From Acidobacteriaceae bacterium (lineage in GTDB: Bacteria > Acidobacteriota > Terriglobia > Bryobacterales > Bryobacteraceae), in assembly GCA_019245255.1 (NCBI GenBank), contig JAFARV010000676.1:1-58220 (forward strand): a DNA stretch of 58,220 nucleotides. The letters run 5' to 3'. The notes beneath the pieces were generated by a model. The model was not told where the DNA came from and searched no databases. It worked only from the letters and a program-made list of their open reading frames with translations. Numbering within the stretch: position 1 is the first letter of the stretch; each line of letters begins with the position of its first letter. Below are positions 1 through 9,273 of the stretch, piece by piece. The position numbers and the translations under genes were made by a program.

Positions 1-141
1 GTTACTAAGGATTCCGGCCGGAAAGGTTACACCGGGTTGACTAAATTTACAGAACTGGGAAGTTCGACTCAGGAAGCGCGAGGGCGAGGAAATCTTGGTT
101 TCAAAGTCCAGGTTCTTCACGCATAATTCGGTCCAGATAAA

Positions 142-711
142 ATGCAAAGCATGGCGGCCACGACGACTCATCTTCTGACCGTTGAGGAGTTCCGCGCCCT
201 ACCGGAGGACTCCGGAACTGTTTACCATGAACTTCGCCACGGGGAAGTTGTCGCGGTGACGCGACCTAAGCTTAAGCACAAGCTGGTCCAGCGCAATTTG
301 CGCCGCCTGTTGGAAGAGATCGCCGAGCCAACAAGCTACGTCGATACCGAAATGCCGTTCCGCCCGCTGCCGGAATACGAGTTGTGGGAGGCCGATGTCG
401 CGTACGTATCGCCGGCGCGCTTTGCTGAAGCCGATCCGGAGGATAATGTCCGCGGCGCGCCGGACTTAGTCATCGAAGTACTCTCGCCTTCGAATACGGT
501 CGATGAGATGATCGAGCGCGAACGAATTTGCCTTGAGAATGGCGCGCGCGAGTTCTGGGTTGTGGATCAAAAGCGGCGTCAGGTCAAGGTGTCGACGCCC
601 GACGGGCGCACAATTACCTATCGATCCGGCCAAGAGATTTCCTTGTGGTTTTCAAACGGCAGGACGGTCGCAGTCGACGCCATTTTCTCGGCTGACATTT
701 TCACGCGGTAA
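142..711 (+). CDS. Uma2-family (DUF820) PD-(D/E)xK-like endonuclease, copy 1
   Basis: 189-aa ORF with family-typical N-terminus LTVEEFRALPE and nuclease core APDLVIEVLSPSN. Paralogous to the ORFs at 4677, 6044 and 21809. Confidence 0.8.
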   Translation: MQSMAATTTHLLTVEEFRALPEDSGTVYHELRHGEVVAVTRPKLKHKLVQRNLRRLLEEIAEPTSYVDTEMPFRPLPEYELWEADVAYVSPARFAEADPEDNVRGAPDLVIEVLSPSNTVDEMIERERICLENGAREFWVVDQKRRQVKVSTPDGRTITYRSGQEISLWFSNGRTVAVDAIFSADIFTR

Positions 712-773
712 ACGGAGGATTGGAACAACAACAAGTCTCGCCGTAGTCAAAGTGGCAAGTCAGCTAGAACGGG

Positions 774-1148
774 CTAAGTCAAGCGGATTTGAGCGCGCAG
801 CCATTCGTCAAGAACGGCCTTCCTAACAGTGCCAGTTTCGTACCGCTCCATCAGCCAGGTATAAGCCTCCGAGTCGTTGAATGTGACCCGATAGCCATTT
901 ATATCGAGGAAGACCACAGTTGCAGTGATCGCAACACGTTTGTTTCCGTCCAGAAACGGGTGGTTCTGGGACAGGCTCTCCCACATAGCCGCGGCTGCTT
1001 CGATCATGTCTGAGTAGTACCCGTTCTGCGGGCGCGCCACCGCCGATTCCAACGCCCCTTCATCACGAACGCCATGGATTCCACCAAATCGATCAATCAA
1101 GGCGGCGTGGAACTCAAGAACGTCTTTAATCGTGAGATACCGGCTCAC
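774..1148 (-). CDS. doc: Doc (death-on-curing) Fic-fold toxin
   Basis: 124-aa ORF with the Doc-type Fic motif HPFLDGNKRVA. 4-nt overlap with the upstream small ORF. Confidence 0.85.
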   Translation of the reverse strand: MSRYLTIKDVLEFHAALIDRFGGIHGVRDEGALESAVARPQNGYYSDMIEAAAAMWESLSQNHPFLDGNKRVAITATVVFLDINGYRVTFNDSEAYTWLMERYETGTVRKAVLDEWLRAQIRLT

Positions 1149-1333
1149 TGAGCGAGCCGTTGCAGCAGGTCCGAGTGTTCCGCTACAAATTCATCAAAGG
1201 CGGCGCGTGGTGACGTGGGCTGCTCTCGTTCCTCGCGCAGGAATTTGATAAACGCCTGGACGGCGGCCTGCTCGTCCGGATTCAGAGTCTGAATCAACTC
1301 AATCAGAGATGCTCGTGGGCCGCTCGTGGTCAT
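1145..1333 (-). CDS. putative Doc-associated antitoxin
   Basis: Small acidic ORF immediately upstream of doc and overlapping it. ATG at 1333 preferred over the TTG at 1369 used by the ORF track. Confidence 0.55.
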   Translation of the reverse strand: MTTSGPRASLIELIQTLNPDEQAAVQAFIKFLREEREQPTSPRAAFDEFVAEHSDLLQRLAQ

Positions 1334-1406
1334 GCGGATATCAGTCCTGTAAGTAGTATAAGATGCCAAACGTGCCGGCCACGACAGCTCGTCTGATGGT
1401 ACGCTG

Positions 1407-2462
1407 CTAGATGCGCCGGTGCATCAATTTGAAGATGTACGCCAGAATCTCGGCCACCGCTTTATATAGGTGCGGGGGAATCTCCTGCCCCACATCAGCC
1501 GCTTGATACAAGCCGCGCGCGAGCGGCGGGTTCTCGACTAAGGGAACCTGGTTATCGAGCGCGACCTGGCGAATGCGCAGCGCCAAATAGTTCTTCCCTT
1601 TGGCAACCACGAGCGGCGCGACCATGGTGTCGGGTTCGTACTTCAGCGCCACAGCGTAGTGTGTCGGGTTCACGATCACGGCGGTGGCGCTTGGCACCTG
1701 CGACATCATGCGCTTCCTGGCCTGCTCGCGCTGAATGCGGCGAATGCGCATCTTGGTGTGCGGATCGCCTTCCATCTGCTTGTGTTCTTCCTTAATTTCC
1801 TGTTTCGTCATGCGCAGGTCGGAAGTGAAGTGCCGCTGTTCACGAAACAGATCGATGCATCCGAAGATAAAGAACAGTGCCGCGGCGCGCCACAACAGCG
1901 TCATCAGAGCGCTCGTGATATCGGTGCGGCCAGTCTCCAGGCTTTTGAGTGGAAGCATCATGATGCGGTCCAGGTTTTCGTAGCCGATGACGTAGACTAC
2001 GTATGCCGAAATCGGGAGCAGAAACAAGGCCTGCAGAAGCGCAGGGATGTTATTGCGCGTGATCTGCTTCAGCTTGCCTGACGGGTTCAACCGGTTGAAA
2101 TCGGGGGTCAGCTTCTTGAAGCTGAAGCCCATCTTGGTGAGCCCAAGCTGCAGGCTTACTGTGACAACGACCAATATCATCCCGGCTCCGAACAGAGGCA
2201 GTCCGCATTGGAATAAGAGGTTCCGCATCAGCACGCACCAATCGTTCAGTGACAGTGACGGACTGAAGGCGCGCGTCAACAGAGATGCCATCACGACGCG
2301 CATACTGCCGAGCCATTTTTCACCGAACAGATGCAACAGCGTGACAAAGATCAGGAACTGGCTGCCGGAAATGAACTGCCGGCTGGAGGGGAAATTCCCT
2401 TCTTCGCGCGCCTTCTTCAGGCGCTGCTGAGTCGGCTTTTCTGTTTTCTGCGGGTCTGCCAT
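1407..2462 (-). CDS. flhB: flagellar export apparatus protein FlhB
   Basis: 351 aa. N-terminus KTEKPTQQRLKKAREEGNFPSS, four TM segments, NPTH autocleavage site (IVNPTHYAVALKY). Confidence 0.95.
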   Translation of the reverse strand: MADPQKTEKPTQQRLKKAREEGNFPSSRQFISGSQFLIFVTLLHLFGEKWLGSMRVVMASLLTRAFSPSLSLNDWCVLMRNLLFQCGLPLFGAGMILVVVTVSLQLGLTKMGFSFKKLTPDFNRLNPSGKLKQITRNNIPALLQALFLLPISAYVVYVIGYENLDRIMMLPLKSLETGRTDITSALMTLLWRAAALFFIFGCIDLFREQRHFTSDLRMTKQEIKEEHKQMEGDPHTKMRIRRIQREQARKRMMSQVPSATAVIVNPTHYAVALKYEPDTMVAPLVVAKGKNYLALRIRQVALDNQVPLVENPPLARGLYQAADVGQEIPPHLYKAVAEILAYIFKLMHRRI

Positions 2463-2465
2463 GGT

Positions 2466-3233
2466 TTACCGCGCAATGCTAACCGCAACGCGGAACATCT
2501 GCCCTGCAAACTCCTCGTACACCGAGGGGAAGAGCATCAGAAGCGCCGAGATGGCCGCCAGGCCGGCCAGGATCTTCAGCGGCATCGTCAGGTGCAGCAA
2601 GTGCAGTTGCGCATTGAAACGGCCCAAAAGCGCGAGCGTCAGATCCACCATCAGCATCAGGCCGACAACGGGCAATGCGAGCCGCAATCCTACAGCAAAC
2701 AGCGAACCGGCAGCGTGCGTAATCACAGCGCCCCAACGTGGATCGAGCAGCAACTGCCCTGGGGGCTGCTTTTCCAGGCTTTCCGCGAATAATCGAATGA
2801 TGTAGCGGTGGAATCCGAGTGTGACGAATAACAGCGCTGAGACGGTTTGCGCAATGGCGCTGAGAACCGGGGCATCGGCTTGTGACTCCGGATCGACGGT
2901 GGAGGCGAAAGAGAATCCGGCCTGTAGACCGCAGATTTGTCCAAAGATCAATGCCGCGTCAGCGAGGAAGCCGACAAGCAGGCCAATGCACAAACCGAAC
3001 GTGGCTTCAATTGCAACCCACCCGGCGTATTCCATCGCAGTGATGGTGGCCGGAACCGTGGGCCATACGGGAAACAGCGTAAACGTAAGCCCCAGAATCA
3101 GAACAACGCGAATGGGCTCAGGGGCGCTGCGAATGCCCGGGAGAGGCACAAACACGACGGCCCCACCGATGCGGGCCAGAACCAAAAGAAAGCTGTAGAT
3201 CAGGCCGATCGAGAACGAGATCTCACCGTGCAT
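2466..3233 (-). CDS. fliR: flagellar export apparatus protein FliR
   Basis: 255-aa polytopic membrane ORF between fliQ and flhB, in the conserved fliPQR-flhB order. Confidence 0.9.
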   Translation of the reverse strand: MHGEISFSIGLIYSFLLVLARIGGAVVFVPLPGIRSAPEPIRVVLILGLTFTLFPVWPTVPATITAMEYAGWVAIEATFGLCIGLLVGFLADAALIFGQICGLQAGFSFASTVDPESQADAPVLSAIAQTVSALLFVTLGFHRYIIRLFAESLEKQPPGQLLLDPRWGAVITHAAGSLFAVGLRLALPVVGLMLMVDLTLALLGRFNAQLHLLHLTMPLKILAGLAAISALLMLFPSVYEEFAGQMFRVAVSIAR

Positions 3234-3492
3234 ACCGGCTCAGGTTGCCGAGAATCGAGGTCGCGTAGGTCATGGCCTTTTGCAGCACCCAGGGCATGCT
3301 GATGGTCGCTACGATGAAGAACACGGCCAGCCGCGGCACCGTGCTGAACGCCGCGTCCTGTATCGACGTAACGATCTGCACCAGGCTGATCACAATACCC
3401 GTTACGAATCCGGCAATCAGGAACGGCGCGCTGAGCCAGAACATCATCATCATGGCCTCGCGCACCAGTTGAACGGCGTACTCCGGGGTCAT
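3223..3492 (-). CDS. fliQ: flagellar export apparatus protein FliQ
   Basis: 89-aa two-TM ORF overlapping fliP and fliR. Typical size and position. Confidence 0.9.
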   Translation of the reverse strand: MTPEYAVQLVREAMMMMFWLSAPFLIAGFVTGIVISLVQIVTSIQDAAFSTVPRLAVFFIVATISMPWVLQKAMTYATSILGNLSRYAR

Positions 3493-4229
3493 GCGTAGAG
3501 GCCTTTCATTAAGGACCCGATCACCAGATCCCAGCCGTCGACTAACACAAACAGCAGAATTTTGAACGGCGCAGAAAGCATCACCGGCGGCAACTGCATC
3601 ATGCCCATAGATACAGTCAGCGATGCCACCACCACGTCAATGACCATGAAGGGCAGAAAGAGCACTGTTCCGATCTGAAAGGAAGCTTTCAACTCCGAAA
3701 GAATGTAAGCGGGAATCAGAACCTTCATGTCGAGGTCCTGCGCGGTGCGCGGCTGCGGCGCGTGCGAGATGTTGACAAAGAGCTGAATATCTTTTTCGCG
3801 GGCGAATTTCAGCAGGAAATGACGCAGCGGCTCCTCACCTTTGGTGATCGCTTCGTCCATGGTGATTTTGCCCTGATCGAATGGCTGCCACGCGTTCGCA
3901 TACATGTCTTTGGCAACCGGCTGCATGACCAGGACGGATAGGAACAGTGCGAGTCCGATGAGCACCTGGTTGGAAGGAGCAGTTTGGGTGCCAAGCGCCT
4001 GCCGCAAGAAGTGCAGCACTATCGAGATCCGCAGGAACGGGGTGACGCACATCACCGCTGCAGGCAGCAAAGTAAGCAGCGTGAGCAGAATGATGATCTG
4101 CATGGGCGCGCTGATAGTGGGGCCATTCGGCCCGGAAGACAGACTCGCGCCCAGGAGCGGTCCGGCGTTCCCGGCTGCGAAGGCGTGCCCTGCCCCGGCG
4201 AGAGGTAACAGAACTAACAGGCGTTTCAT
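3489..4229 (-). CDS. fliP: flagellar export apparatus protein FliP
   Basis: Signal peptide MKRLLVLLPLAGAG followed by FliP-typical TM core (ILLTLLTLLPAAVM, FLLPFMVIDVVVASLTVSMGMMQLPP). ATG at 4229 forms an ATGA overlap with the fliO stop. Confidence 0.95.
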   Translation of the reverse strand: MKRLLVLLPLAGAGHAFAAGNAGPLLGASLSSGPNGPTISAPMQIIILLTLLTLLPAAVMCVTPFLRISIVLHFLRQALGTQTAPSNQVLIGLALFLSVLVMQPVAKDMYANAWQPFDQGKITMDEAITKGEEPLRHFLLKFAREKDIQLFVNISHAPQPRTAQDLDMKVLIPAYILSELKASFQIGTVLFLPFMVIDVVVASLTVSMGMMQLPPVMLSAPFKILLFVLVDGWDLVIGSLMKGLYA

Positions 4230-4543
4230 ATGTCGTGCTCCGGCAATTTGGGTTCGAGCGTCTTCCAAGCCGAGCTTTCAACGAGATAGAAACCGCTCGG
4301 AGACGTTCCGATGAGAATGGCGCGTTCGCCCATACGGACCAGGCTCAGGACGTGCGACGGTGACAACTGCAGAGCGTCCACGCGCTGCAACACCTTCGCT
4401 GGTCGCTGCTTGCGACCGGACAGCCAGGGTACGCTGACGCGCTGTGTGCCCTGCACCATGCCGCGGCGCCGTAGCCAGATGAGTGTGAGGCCCAAAAGGC
4501 CGAAAACGCCGAGGACGGCGAGTAGTTGCGGAATTTCCAACAC
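4226..4543 (-). CDS. fliO: FliO-like flagellar biosynthesis protein
   Basis: 105 aa, single N-terminal TM (LLAVLGVFGLLGLTLIW), immediately upstream of fliP and coupled to it. Confidence 0.65.
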   Translation of the reverse strand: MLEIPQLLAVLGVFGLLGLTLIWLRRRGMVQGTQRVSVPWLSGRKQRPAKVLQRVDALQLSPSHVLSLVRMGERAILIGTSPSGFYLVESSAWKTLEPKLPEHDI

Positions 4544-4676
4544 TATTCCCCTAGGAATAAGGAGGGACTAGGCCCGGAGGATTCTCAGATTATTCCTGAA
4601 TCGACGAGCGTCCGGCCGCCCGGTTTGCCGCATAATGACTTGCAGGGCCTGCAACATGACGGAGTCGCTATAACTT

Positions 4677-5213
4677 ATGAGCACGGGAGCCGTCCTCATG
4701 ACCGTCGATGAATTCTTGCGCCTGCCGGAACCACAGACTGGGCACTACGAACTGCATCACGGGGACGTGGTTCTCATCGCACCGCCTAAGTGGGGTCACG
4801 AAGAAATTCAGGAGCGCGTGAGAGAACTCCTGAAGCGCACGATTGGAGACCGTGGAAGGGTCAGGGTCGAGATGGCGTTCCGCCCGGCACCTGAATACGA
4901 AGTGTGGAGGGCAGATGTTGGAGTCGTACGAAAAGAACGGGCCGATGCCACCCCGCCCGATACGTATTTGCAAGGAGCGCCGGATCTGGTCGTAGAGGTT
5001 TTATCCCCCAGCAACACAGCACAAGAGATCAACGACAAAATGGCCGTATGTCTCGACAACGGTTGTTCCAGCTTCTGGGTGGCCGACGACAACCTTAAAG
5101 AGGTGAAGGTCACCGAGGGCGATATCACGAGACGCTACACGGGCACGGCGACGATTGCGAGCGATTTGCTCGGCGGAAGTATCAGAGTCGACGACATCTT
5201 CCAGGGTTCGTGA
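4677..5213 (+). CDS. Uma2-family endonuclease, copy 2
   Basis: 178 aa. MTVDEFLRLPE and APDLVVEVLSPSN motifs. Confidence 0.8.
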   Translation: MSTGAVLMTVDEFLRLPEPQTGHYELHHGDVVLIAPPKWGHEEIQERVRELLKRTIGDRGRVRVEMAFRPAPEYEVWRADVGVVRKERADATPPDTYLQGAPDLVVEVLSPSNTAQEINDKMAVCLDNGCSSFWVADDNLKEVKVTEGDITRRYTGTATIASDLLGGSIRVDDIFQGS

Positions 5214-5231
5214 CGGACGGCTGCCGCGCTG

Positions 5232-5963
5232 TTAGGCGATAATTCCTGCGACTTTGAGAGAAGCTTCGGGGTCGGGTCCGGCGGCCTGTGCCGCTTTTGA
5301 GGGAACGAAGCCAGCGGTTGTGTTAACCGAGGGCAAGAGTGTCGACGGTGACGCCGATTTGCCAATCGGCCGCAGGTTGCCTTCGGCCAACCCGCCCCAC
5401 ATCTGTGAGGTCTCGGGGTGTGCGGCACTCAAAATTGTAGGAACGAAGCCACGAGCTTTCTGAACCTCCCGCAGGGTTTTTAAAGCTTTATGGAAGCCGC
5501 GCTCGGCGCTGGTCATGAAGCGCTGGATGGCGGAGGCATGCGCGATCATGAAGTTACCGTCCGACATCAACGCTGCTTCCACGCGGCGGAACCGCTTCAG
5601 TCTCCAATAGTGTTCGGCCATTTCGTTGACCAGGATTTCTTCGGTTGTGTTGCCGGGTTGGTGTTCGGCGATGAGATCGGCCTTGAGTGAGTCGAGTTCC
5701 GCCGGGTCTTCGCCTGGGATGACCAGTTCTTTGGAATATAGGCCGTGCTTGAAGCTGTTACGGCTGGAGGCGGCTTTTCCTTCCTCCGTACGGGGACCAG
5801 TGCTCAGGTGGGCATTGGCGCGGTTAGCTTGGAGGCGAGCGGGAGAGATGGCGGACGCTCCAATCGCTTCGCTCATGGCTCCGATTGAGCTGCTCGTTTC
5901 TTTGCGGAGATCTTTGAGGGCTTGGCGTTCGGCCGCGCGGCGCTGCTGGCGTGAGAGTGACAT
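5232..5963 (-). CDS. hypothetical protein (conserved N-terminal NRANAxxSTGPRTxEGK motif)
   Basis: ORF trimmed to the ATG at 5963 (MSLSRQQRRAAE). The longer track ORF would overlap the divergent Uma2 gene. Sequence reads as protein-like and is not Arg/Pro-rich. Confidence 0.55.
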   Translation of the reverse strand: MSLSRQQRRAAERQALKDLRKETSSSIGAMSEAIGASAISPARLQANRANAHLSTGPRTEEGKAASSRNSFKHGLYSKELVIPGEDPAELDSLKADLIAEHQPGNTTEEILVNEMAEHYWRLKRFRRVEAALMSDGNFMIAHASAIQRFMTSAERGFHKALKTLREVQKARGFVPTILSAAHPETSQMWGGLAEGNLRPIGKSASPSTLLPSVNTTAGFVPSKAAQAAGPDPEASLKVAGIIA

Positions 5964-6043
5964 ATTGGGAGTTCGCTTTCCTCCGCGTTGTCGCACGGGG
6001 GTGTTCGGGCGGCAGTGGATTTTCGAGGGAAGTGGTTGATGCG

Positions 6044-6622
6044 ATGGGAGAAGAAAATTTCGGGGTTGGCGTGACTCTTGAGCAGTACCTGGAGCAAGAA
6101 GTCCATTCGCCGTACAAGCACGAATTCGTCGACGGCGAAGTGTTTGCAATGGCCGGTGGCAGCGCCAATCATTCGCTGATCGCCACAAATATAATCACGG
6201 CGTTGAACATTGCGCTTGACGGCTGCCCGGATCACATTTGCCGCGTTTACAACAGCGATATGCGGCTTGGCGTGCCCGCCGCGGCGCTCTATACATACCC
6301 CGACGTGCAGGTGGTCTGCGGCGACCCGGAGTTTGGTCCGCACGAGACACTGCTAAATCCCCAACTGATTGTGGAGGTCCTCTCCGAGAGCACCAAGAAC
6401 TTTGACCTCGGCGGAAAATTCGAAGCGTACCGGAGTATGCGTTCGCTCAAAGAGTATCTGGCGATCTATCAAGACCGGCGGCGTGTCGTACGGCATGTGG
6501 CATTGCCGGACGCTAGCTGGCAAGTGATCGAGCATGCCGAGGGGGATTTCCCCATTCGAATCGCGTGCGGCATTCGCCTGTCGTTCGATGCGATCTATCG
6601 CAATGTATCCCTAAACGCCTAA
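6044..6622 (+). CDS. Uma2-family endonuclease, copy 3
   Basis: Trimmed to the ATG at 6044 (MGEENFGVGVTLEQYLE). Core NPQLIVEVLSESTKNFDLGGK. Confidence 0.75.
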   Translation: MGEENFGVGVTLEQYLEQEVHSPYKHEFVDGEVFAMAGGSANHSLIATNIITALNIALDGCPDHICRVYNSDMRLGVPAAALYTYPDVQVVCGDPEFGPHETLLNPQLIVEVLSESTKNFDLGGKFEAYRSMRSLKEYLAIYQDRRRVVRHVALPDASWQVIEHAEGDFPIRIACGIRLSFDAIYRNVSLNA

Positions 6623-6636
6623 CGCCCGCGGCCGTC

Positions 6637-7266
6637 CTATGGCCCTACATACTTCTGGTCAAGGCTGCAGCTATGGGAATTGAGCGTGATGGACACCTTG
6701 GTGTCCAGCATCGATTCTACAGACTTCGCACACAGAACTTTCATGCCGGAGATCACCGCAAGAACGTATGTCCCGGGATCCAGCCCTGTCATATCAAACG
6801 TGCCTTCTTTTGAGACTATGGCGTCCATGGCGACTGGACCTGTCGTGATTGGCATAGCCCTCACCCACAGGTCCCCTGAACGAAGCGCTCCCTGCACGGA
6901 ACCAGTAAGCCTGTTTACGCCAGGTGGATCGCCTCCCGGTAAATACAGGAACACATGTACGGCACGGGAGGCGGTATAGACGGGCACGTCGGCATTCGCA
7001 TGCTGAAATCCAGGAGCATGAACTGTTAGCGTGTAGCGTCCAAACGGGACGTCGGCGCACACGTATCGGCGAAGTCGTGTGAAGGCGCAGCTCTTGAATA
7101 TGGGGCCGTTCCTCAGAGTCACCTGTGCAGCGGTTACTTCGTCCATCCCGAAAGTCTCGACATATACGCTGACTGTTCCGGATGGTTCTTCGGCGAGGGC
7201 CGGGACGGCCAGCAGCATGATCGATGCAGCCGCGGCTATCCTCGAAGCTTGTGTCCGCATCATCAT
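6637..7266 (-). CDS. secreted two-domain beta-sandwich (CarboxypepD_reg-like) protein; candidate immunity protein for toxin tip 3
   Basis: Signal peptide MMMRTQASRIAAAASIMLLAVPALA. Motifs GRYTLTVHAPG and DPGTYVLAVIS. ATGA overlap with the HExxH ORF upstream. Paralog of 7703..8425. Confidence 0.6.
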   Translation of the reverse strand: MMMRTQASRIAAAASIMLLAVPALAEEPSGTVSVYVETFGMDEVTAAQVTLRNGPIFKSCAFTRLRRYVCADVPFGRYTLTVHAPGFQHANADVPVYTASRAVHVFLYLPGGDPPGVNRLTGSVQGALRSGDLWVRAMPITTGPVAMDAIVSKEGTFDMTGLDPGTYVLAVISGMKVLCAKSVESMLDTKVSITLNSHSCSLDQKYVGP

Positions 7267-7700
7267 TTATTACCCGGGCCGCTCATGCAATTGTTTAGCA
7301 GCCACATGGTGATGTTGTCCGTGTTCTTCGCGTCTTTCGTCAACCCTAACGCGACCTGGATTGCTTCGTCATCAACTCCATAGACTTCGTGAATGAGTTC
7401 ATGCATGGCCATCGCTTCCATATACTGCGGATTGCCCAGTTGGGCTTGATTCATACGGTCGCCCGGCGAGGTAAATGGTACCGCCTCCCCACGGCGTCCA
7501 TGCCTCCAAACCGCGGTTAGGCGGAAAGGCAAACCACTGACCGACTGTAGTGTTCTTTCGTTTGGTTAGCCCGTCGACCTGTGCTTTCAACCCATTTGCG
7601 AATGTGCCGCCCGCCTGTGCGATTGTTTGATTTGCCGGGTTCGGATTGTAGCGGTCTCCGCCGAAGAGACCCAACAAGGCCACGAGCTTCTTGTCTTTCC
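7263..7700 (-). pseudogene. orphan rhs-type toxin tip 3 (HExxH), frameshifted
   Basis: Frame a reads ...GGDRYNPNPANQTIAQ...WGGGTIYLAG. Frame b continues GDRMNQAQLGNPQYMEAMAMHELIHEVYG...NCMSG. The shift lies in a ccgggc run near 7470. The RYNPNPAN segment matches the rhs core at 10181-10204. Confidence 0.5.
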
Positions 7701-7702
7701 TT

Positions 7703-8425
7703 TCAGCGTCTCCCGGCTGCGTCTTCAATTGCACGCCCGACCGTTTTTCTTTCAGCTTGCATTTCCGCATACCACCCACGCTGCTTCCGATCCCGCCGGT
7801 CGCTTTCCTCGACGAGGTGGGCAAAATGGTCAAGTTCAAACGTGCAGGTGGCCGGCCGGAAGGTCCACTTACGCGTGAACTCGACAAAGTCGATTTGGTG
7901 CGAACAGACATAGCCATTTGTGGACATAACGGCTACTACGTAGCTGCCTGGGTCGGGATCGACAATGGACGCTTCACGGGCGCCATTTGCGAAAACGTCG
8001 GTGTATATCTCGCCGTTGTATAGTCCCATCAGACGAGTCCACCATACGTGGCTATCTGCCGGCTGAGACGCCAATGTCACGACAAGGCTGGACTTAACGT
8101 GGTCCGCAACCAGGAGCCGATCGGTCAAAGTAAGTACCTCAAATTGCCCGCTATGTTGAAGTCGAACGGTCTTGTAAATCTCACTGTGGCCACATTTGAC
8201 TCTGACATCGTACTCTCCCAAAGGTATTCCGTTTCCGCTGAGCCCGTGAAATCGCTCGGAGTAGTGACCTGGCGTGTTTTCCTTGCCAACACTCTGAAAT
8301 TTCTCAAGCTGGCACCCATCGACGGGGAGTCCGAAAGGCCCGACAGTCAGTAAAGTCACCTCCGCGGCTGAACACGGAAGCAGTACAGCCGCAACCGCCC
8401 ACAACCAATACTTCTGTTTAACCAT
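7703..8425 (-). CDS. secreted two-domain beta-sandwich protein; candidate immunity protein for toxin tip 2
   Basis: Signal peptide MVKQKYWLWAVAAVLLPCSAA. Motifs GEYDVRVKCG and DPGSYVVAVMS. Starts 30 nt downstream of the HExxH tip. Paralog of 6637..7266. Confidence 0.6.
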   Translation of the reverse strand: MVKQKYWLWAVAAVLLPCSAAEVTLLTVGPFGLPVDGCQLEKFQSVGKENTPGHYSERFHGLSGNGIPLGEYDVRVKCGHSEIYKTVRLQHSGQFEVLTLTDRLLVADHVKSSLVVTLASQPADSHVWWTRLMGLYNGEIYTDVFANGAREASIVDPDPGSYVVAVMSTNGYVCSHQIDFVEFTRKWTFRPATCTFELDHFAHLVEESDRRDRKQRGWYAEMQAERKTVGRAIEDAAGRR

Positions 8426-8455
8426 GGTCTAGTTCCCGAGCCTATTGTGGTGGCT

Positions 8456-9273
8456 TTACTCCTGGAAGCAATCCTGTGCGAGTTTCTCAGAGATATTCGT
8501 TGTATCGTCGGCGTTTTCCGCGATTTTGAGTTCGTGTTGTATATGGGTGTCTGTGGCATCCCAATGGGCCAGGTGCACTAATTCATGCAGCATTGTTCCC
8601 AGCATCTCCGAATAGTTAGTTTGCCAGAAATTCGCCATATTAAAGACGATTGCATGTGACGGATCGTCGGCGGTGAAATCGGCGTTTTGGTTGAAGAACC
8701 TACGCACGACTGGGCTGACAATAGCTCGAAGGTCAACCAAGTCCGTCCCTCCTTTGCCCCGATCGTTTCCGGGGAGACTTCTAAATTTGCTAGCACTCAC
8801 ATCGAGTGCGCTGAGATCCTTGGCGCAAGGGCTGTTTTTCACGGGATTGAAGGATTGAAGCTGCTGGTTTGCGAGCACGGCCCACTTGGCGTCGTGCACG
8901 TGGGTGGCGAACGGTGCAGGCTCATGTGTACTACCATCGATCCGGTGATTAAATGAGTATTCCGAGTTGTCGATCCAGGCTTGTAGGACACCTGGAATGA
9001 TATTGAAAAAAGGCGCCGACAAGCCAAGGTAGTAGAGAGTACCAAATTCGACACTTCAGCTAAAGCTCAGGCCCGTGCCATCGCTATAGGGCGCCGAGGA
9101 GAAGAAAAAATCGCGCCCGGTTGAGTCTATATTGCTGACAGGATCGCTTCCTGCATACCCATATCTATTCCAGCTCTGCGGGGCACTCAGCCTTGCGCTT
9201 CCCGCATACGGATCCGGTGTGATGCTTGTCAGCCGATTCAAACCGGTTCCGGAGGGCGCGTGTAGCGCGATTT
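8456..9273 (-). pseudogene. orphan rhs C-terminal cassette 2: core-end motif plus HExxH toxin tip, split by an in-frame TGA
   Basis: RYTRPPEPVLNRLTSITPDPYAGS...PQSWNRYGYAGSDPVSNIDSTG (rhs core end), then TGA at 9056-9058 in the same frame, then a 188-aa tip ending MLHELVHLAHWD...NISEKLAQDCFQE. Confidence 0.6.
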
